A stretch of DNA of 64,000 nucleotides. It comes from an uncultured Gemmatimonadales bacterium (GTDB taxonomy: Bacteria; Gemmatimonadota; Gemmatimonadetes; Gemmatimonadales; Gemmatimonadaceae). The stretch is taken from contig CAWKMU010000003.1 in the NCBI GenBank assembly GCA_963850905.1, positions 1,728,001 through 1,792,000 on the forward strand, written 5' to 3'. Below are positions 59,696-64,000 of this stretch, one piece after another (the first letter of the stretch is position 1; every line of letters begins with the position of its first letter). A program made the translations under genes and the position numbers. The notes below the pieces were generated by a model, which was not told the origin of the DNA, searched no databases, and saw only the letters and a program-made list of their open reading frames with translations.

Positions 59696-62167
59696 TCAGT
59701 ACGCCCAGCCAATGCCAACCAGGAGCGTACGGGGCAGGAGTGGGATGCCACGCAGTGAGCCCCCCGGCCCGGTCGGGAGCGCGTCGACCAGGTTGGCGTG
59801 GTTGAAGATGTTGGCGAGGGTGGCATACGTGGAGAGCCGACCGTTCGCGGGACCGGTACGCCAACGGTGAGCGAGTTGCAGGTCGGCTCGGAGATACGGC
59901 GGCAGTCTCAGCGTTGTCGCCCACGGCAGCCCAAAGTCGCGCTCTGCCAGTCCGAGCGTCGATGGGGCACCTCCCTCATCGGCGTGGGTCATCGACATCC
60001 CGTCCAGCCCTGGCGCGCGTTGCCCAAACGCGGCCCAACCAGCGAGGCGCACCTCCGTCAGGCGATCGAGGGCAAACCCGACGGCCGCAGACCCGGTCTC
60101 CCCAAGCTCCGAGGTGGGGTGGTAGCGTAGGCCGTCTGCGGACTCGACTGTGCGGCCGACGCCGTACCCGGCCTGCCACGTGACCGGTCCACCTCCGCCT
60201 TGCAGCAGCGCCGACATGCCGCTCACGTGTGCCGATGCGCGGGCAAAGCTCGTCGCAGCAAACACCCCGGACTGCAGAGGATTTGCGATGGCGAGTCCCG
60301 ACAGCGAACGCACGTACCCGTCGACGGACAGTTTGCCTGCGGCGCCAAGCGAGGTGGTGATGCCAGCGGTCCCGATGTCGCTCTGCGCGAGAGGTACGCC
60401 ACCAGGACTGGCTGCGACTGGGAGATCGAGCCCCAGCTCCAATCCGAGCGGCGACTCGGTGTTGCGAAGTGACTGCACGACTTCGTGCGTTCGCGCGTAG
60501 CCGGCCGTCAGCGTGATGCCGCCCAGCACACGCACGCTCGCATCAACCCTCGGCTCGAGTCGCGCAGCCATCCCGAGAACGGTCATGCCGCGCACGCCAG
60601 TCGTGACGTGCCACGTGCTGTCGCCGTCGTCCGGACCCCACCGTCGCTCCACGAACGCGGCCGCCGTGGTCGGCGCGCTCGTGAGCGCGAGGGGCGTCAA
60701 GCTCGCCAGCATCGCAGGCGGCGCGAATGGCATGGCCTGGCCAGGGGCGGCCGTCGGCAGGGCTGAAACCCGATAACTGACGCTGAGTGCGTCCATCGAG
60801 ACGCCTAGCGTCATTGCCTGCCATGCGAGTTGCGACGAAAGCTCGGTTTGTTGTACGCCGTCGCCCAGGCTGGGGCCCAAGCTGTCGGCGACCCCTGGCA
60901 CGGTCGTCACGAAGCGCGATGCGGATAGGCGTGTCTCCAACTGTGCTGCGGTGCCGAGCTGCTGTGTCCAGATCAAGCCACCGGTCGCCGTACTCCACGG
61001 GACGGCGTTCGGGGAGAGTGCGGCGGTCGGCATGCCGATGCCGTTGGGGATCGCGCGGTCGTTGCTTGCGAGCACAACCAGCTTGAGTGCCGTGGCGCCG
61101 GTCGCGAGTGACGCCGTCACGACGCCATCGGCCCATCGGTCGGGGACTGGGCCGGCATCATTCGACAGCTCCGGCAAGTCGCCGTTGCTGCGTCGCACCG
61201 CAACGAGGATCCCTCCGGACGCGTTGCCAATGGTCATGGGCTGCGCCAAGGTCGCGCGCACGGCCGAGGGGCCAATCGATGCCGCGCCGGTCCAGCCGAG
61301 AGACGGCGCGTCGCGCGTGCTCACATCGACGACACCACCCAATCGATCGCCGTAGGCGGCTTGCATCGCGCCGTCGTGCACGTCGATGCCGCTGACGGCG
61401 TCGGGACTGATGACGCTCAGCGTCCCGGATCCATGGACCGGGTTCCAGACCGGTAGCCCGTCGATCCGCACCAAGAGTTGGTCGGAGGTGCCGCCACGAT
61501 CCGCCAGACCTCCGGGCCAGTCAGGACGCATGGAGAAGTGCGGGTCACCCCCAAGTGTACTGACGAGGTCGGGCTCTCCCGTCGAGAGGTCGGAGGCGGA
61601 CGGGTCGCCGCGCCAGCTCCATGTGCTGGCGGTGCCGTCCGCGTTTGGTATCGAGGGGGCGCCGGCCGCCGCTCGCGATGCACTGACCCGGACCGAGTCG
61701 AGTACCACGAGCCTCGGTGACAGCGTGAGATCGACGCGAACTTCGCCGCGCGAAGGCAGTGTCACCGTGACAGCGAGAGGGTCGTACCCAGCTCGCACCG
61801 CGTGCACGGTGACCGCGCCGGTGGAGAGCCCGCTCAGCCGATAAGAGCCGGCACTATCGGAGCACACCGACGCGTTCAACTCGGGGATCGCCAGCCGGAC
61901 ACCGGGGAGTACGCTCCCGAAAACGCCATTGCGCACGACGCCGACAATGGTGGCCAGATGAGCGCTATCGGGCAATGTGTTGGCCGCGAGCGACGGCTGG
62001 GCACCAGGCGCGCAGTCGTCGACCGGATCAGTGAGGGCGAGCGCGGATGCCGGAACGGCCACGAGACCGGCGGTCGCACACGCAAAGAGGCGCGCGCGAA
62101 TAGCCGCCCCGCGAGGAAGCGGTCTTGCCCACCGGTGCCTGCTCGGACCACCCCGACTCAATGGCAT
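59696..62167 (-). CDS. TonB-dependent receptor-like protein with carboxypeptidase-regulatory-like domain
   Basis: Plug IDGLPVWNPVH..YGDRLGGVVDV; C-terminal LPPYLRAD..N.FN..GWAY. Confidence 0.75.
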   Translation of the reverse strand: MPLSRGGPSRHRWARPLPRGAAIRARLFACATAGLVAVPASALALTDPVDDCAPGAQPSLAANTLPDSAHLATIVGVVRNGVFGSVLPGVRLAIPELNASVCSDSAGSYRLSGLSTGAVTVHAVRAGYDPLAVTVTLPSRGEVRVDLTLSPRLVVLDSVRVSASRAAAGAPSIPNADGTASTWSWRGDPSASDLSTGEPDLVSTLGGDPHFSMRPDWPGGLADRGGTSDQLLVRIDGLPVWNPVHGSGTLSVISPDAVSGIDVHDGAMQAAYGDRLGGVVDVSTRDAPSLGWTGAASIGPSAVRATLAQPMTIGNASGGILVAVRRSNGDLPELSNDAGPVPDRWADGVVTASLATGATALKLVVLASNDRAIPNGIGMPTAALSPNAVPWSTATGGLIWTQQLGTAAQLETRLSASRFVTTVPGVADSLGPSLGDGVQQTELSSQLAWQAMTLGVSMDALSVSYRVSALPTAAPGQAMPFAPPAMLASLTPLALTSAPTTAAAFVERRWGPDDGDSTWHVTTGVRGMTVLGMAARLEPRVDASVRVLGGITLTAGYARTHEVVQSLRNTESPLGLELGLDLPVAASPGGVPLAQSDIGTAGITTSLGAAGKLSVDGYVRSLSGLAIANPLQSGVFAATSFARASAHVSGMSALLQGGGGPVTWQAGYGVGRTVESADGLRYHPTSELGETGSAAVGFALDRLTEVRLAGWAAFGQRAPGLDGMSMTHADEGGAPSTLGLAERDFGLPWATTLRLPPYLRADLQLAHRWRTGPANGRLSTYATLANIFNHANLVDALPTGPGGSLRGIPLLPRTLLVGIGWAY

Positions 62168-62649
62168 CGCGTATCGTCTTGTGTTCTTATGGTTGCAACC
62201 CCCATCGCGTTGGGTGGTTGCGCCCCCGCACCGGCAGCATCCGGGCATACACGACCACGGTTGTACCCCGCAATGCGCTGCAGGAGCCAGGAAATTTCTC
62301 GATTTCTTTACTCTGCTGTTGCGGGACTGACCAGAAACAGCTATATGGACCCTAGAGCGGGCTGGTCCGACCCTCAGCGCCCCCCGCCTCTCGCGCTCGG
62401 CCGCAGTACTCGCGCCAGGGGCGACGTGCGGGCGCGGGCGGACAGGACCGCTGTCGGGAACGCGCACGCCGGTCAGAAGTCCTCGTGTTTCCATAGGTGC
62501 GTTCGCCAGGGGCGAGCTCGGCAGCGTACCTGTAGTCTCGAGCCGTCACGGGACTGAAGCCTCGCCACGCAGTCGAGGGCGCCGCCCGAACAGGCTATTG
62601 GTCTGTTCGGCCGGCAGAGTGCGGTCGACACCCCACAGGGAGTGTTCTC

Positions 62650-64000
62650 GTGCCACACGCATCTGTCAGAGTCGGAATCGGGACACTCTGGGTCGCAGCG
62701 CTCCTCGCCGTGTCGGCGGGGCAGCTTGCCGCCCAGAGTCGCACGGTCACCGGTAAGGTGACGGACGCGGAGACCAAGGAGGCGTTGCCATCCGTCACCG
62801 TCATAATCAAGGGCACGCTCCGGGGGACCAGCACCAAAGAGAACGGCACGTACAGCATCACCGTGCCGGCCGGCGCCACGACGCTCACGTTTCGGCGCAT
62901 CGGGTACAAGGCCACGGATCATGCGATCGACGCGAGCCAAACCACGGGCGACGTCGCGCTCGACCGCGACGTGCTCCGACTCGAGGAGAGCATCGTGACT
63001 GGCCAGGCCACCGTCGTCAGCCGCCAATCGGCGGCCAACAATGTGTCGACCGTGGACGCCACGGAGATCAGTCGAGTCCCGGCCGAGACGCCCGAGCTGG
63101 CGCTCCAGGGTAAGATCGCCGGCGCGGACATCCAGGAGAACTCGGGCGCGCCCGGCGGCGGGATGCAGGTGCGGCTCCGAGGAACGTCGACGATCATCGG
63201 CAACAGCGAGCCGCTGTACGTCGTCGACGGCGTGATCATTAGCAACGAAGCCGTGTCGGCCGGCACCAACGCGATCACCGCGGCGGCAAGCGCTTCGGGC
63301 ATCGCCTCGAACGAGGACAATCCGTCGAACCGACTGGCTGACCTCGATCCCAACGACATCGAGAGCATCGAAGTGCTCAAGGGCGCATCGGCGTCTGCCA
63401 TCTACGGCTCGAAAGCGTCGAACGGGGTCGTCCTGATCACGACCAAACGAGGCCAAACTGGCACGACGAAATTCGACTTCGGTCAGAAGTTTGGGGCGAG
63501 CAGCGACTCGCGGCAGCTCGGGTCGCGGACGTTCGACTCGGCGTCCGCGGTGGCGACATGGGGCCCCAGCGCCGCCAAGTATTTCCCCAACGGACAAGGA
63601 ACAACCTACAACCACGAAACGGAGCTCGCCGGTCACTCTCCGCTCTCCTACCAGTCGACGGCGAGTCTGAGCGGCGGTACGGAGAACACACGGTACTACA
63701 GCTCGGGTATCGTCGAGCATGACGGCGGCATCATCCAGAACACCTTCTTCGACAAGCAAGCCCTGAACGTCAACCTCTCGCAAGTATTGAGTAAGACGTT
63801 TGAGGTCAACTTCGGCTCGACGTACTCGCACACAGCCGACGGGCGCGGCCTGACGAACAACGACAACACAACGACCAGCTTCTACACGGCGCTGCCCGCG
63901 ACGCCGAACTTCGTCAATCTGCAGCAGCTCCCCGACGGCACCTGGCCGAACAACCCGTTCGCGCCCAGCAACCCTTTGCAGACCGCAGCCCTCCTCGCCA
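62650..64000 (+). CDS. SusC/RagA-family TonB-linked outer membrane protein (3' partial; absent from ORF track)
   Basis: Hand translation from GTG 62650: signal peptide, VTGKVTD, LQGKIAG, SGAPGGG, PLYVVDG, DIESIEVLKGASASAIYGSKASNGVVLITTKRG. Confidence 0.92.
   Translation, partial: MPHASVRVGIGTLWVAALLAVSAGQLAAQSRTVTGKVTDAETKEALPSVTVIIKGTLRGTSTKENGTYSITVPAGATTLTFRRIGYKATDHAIDASQTTGDVALDRDVLRLEESIVTGQATVVSRQSAANNVSTVDATEISRVPAETPELALQGKIAGADIQENSGAPGGGMQVRLRGTSTIIGNSEPLYVVDGVIISNEAVSAGTNAITAAASASGIASNEDNPSNRLADLDPNDIESIEVLKGASASAIYGSKASNGVVLITTKRGQTGTTKFDFGQKFGASSDSRQLGSRTFDSASAVATWGPSAAKYFPNGQGTTYNHETELAGHSPLSYQSTASLSGGTENTRYYSSGIVEHDGGIIQNTFFDKQALNVNLSQVLSKTFEVNFGSTYSHTADGRGLTNNDNTTTSFYTALPATPNFVNLQQLPDGTWPNNPFAPSNPLQTAALLA

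Noticed and set aside
58096..62280. Shared CATTG..GTACAAC motif upstream of the DUF4384-like and TBDR-like genes (minus strand)
   Set aside because: Short, spacing differs, and compatible with an ordinary -10 element or chance
1..64000. tRNA, rRNA, transposase or defence genes
   Set aside because: None recognised; nearly all sequence is accounted for by the CDS listed

Overview
A GC-rich bacterial chromosomal segment. Gene content and protein style suggest Gemmatimonadota, which is an inference that could not be checked here. It carries almost a whole type IV pilus system in separate blocks: pilB-pilT-pilC; pilS-pilR, then five glycosyltransferase-like genes, then pilA and pilMNOPQ; and a fimT/pilV/pilW/pilX minor-pilin cluster. 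These blocks are interleaved with envelope genes (lptFG, mlaE/mlaD, TonB, three TonB-dependent receptors, a GT4/deacetylase/flippase cluster), housekeeping genes (aroC, aroK, topA, trmFO, xerC, hslVU, argF, bcp, arfB, hslR) and an ECF sigma/anti-sigma module. No rRNA, tRNA, CRISPR or transposase was seen. The most interesting points are these. (1) A candidate lipid-linked pilin glycosylation system (polyprenol-P GT2, a GT-C protein and three tandem TMTC-like GT-C/TPR proteins) sits between pilR and a Ser/Thr-rich, Geobacter-like pilA with a sigma-54-type promoter. (2) A dispersed family of composite palindromes combines heptamer tandem arms with a shared GGCCAGY/RCTGGCC hairpin, and one partial copy lies in frame inside trmFO. 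(3) About 14-15 single-base frameshifts hit even essential genes, and six can be repaired to the same hexamer CATCTG, which suggests methylation-linked sequencing errors. (4) A glutaminyl-cyclase-like lipoprotein occurs together with Gln-starting secreted proteins. All calls come from motif reading; no database search was run.
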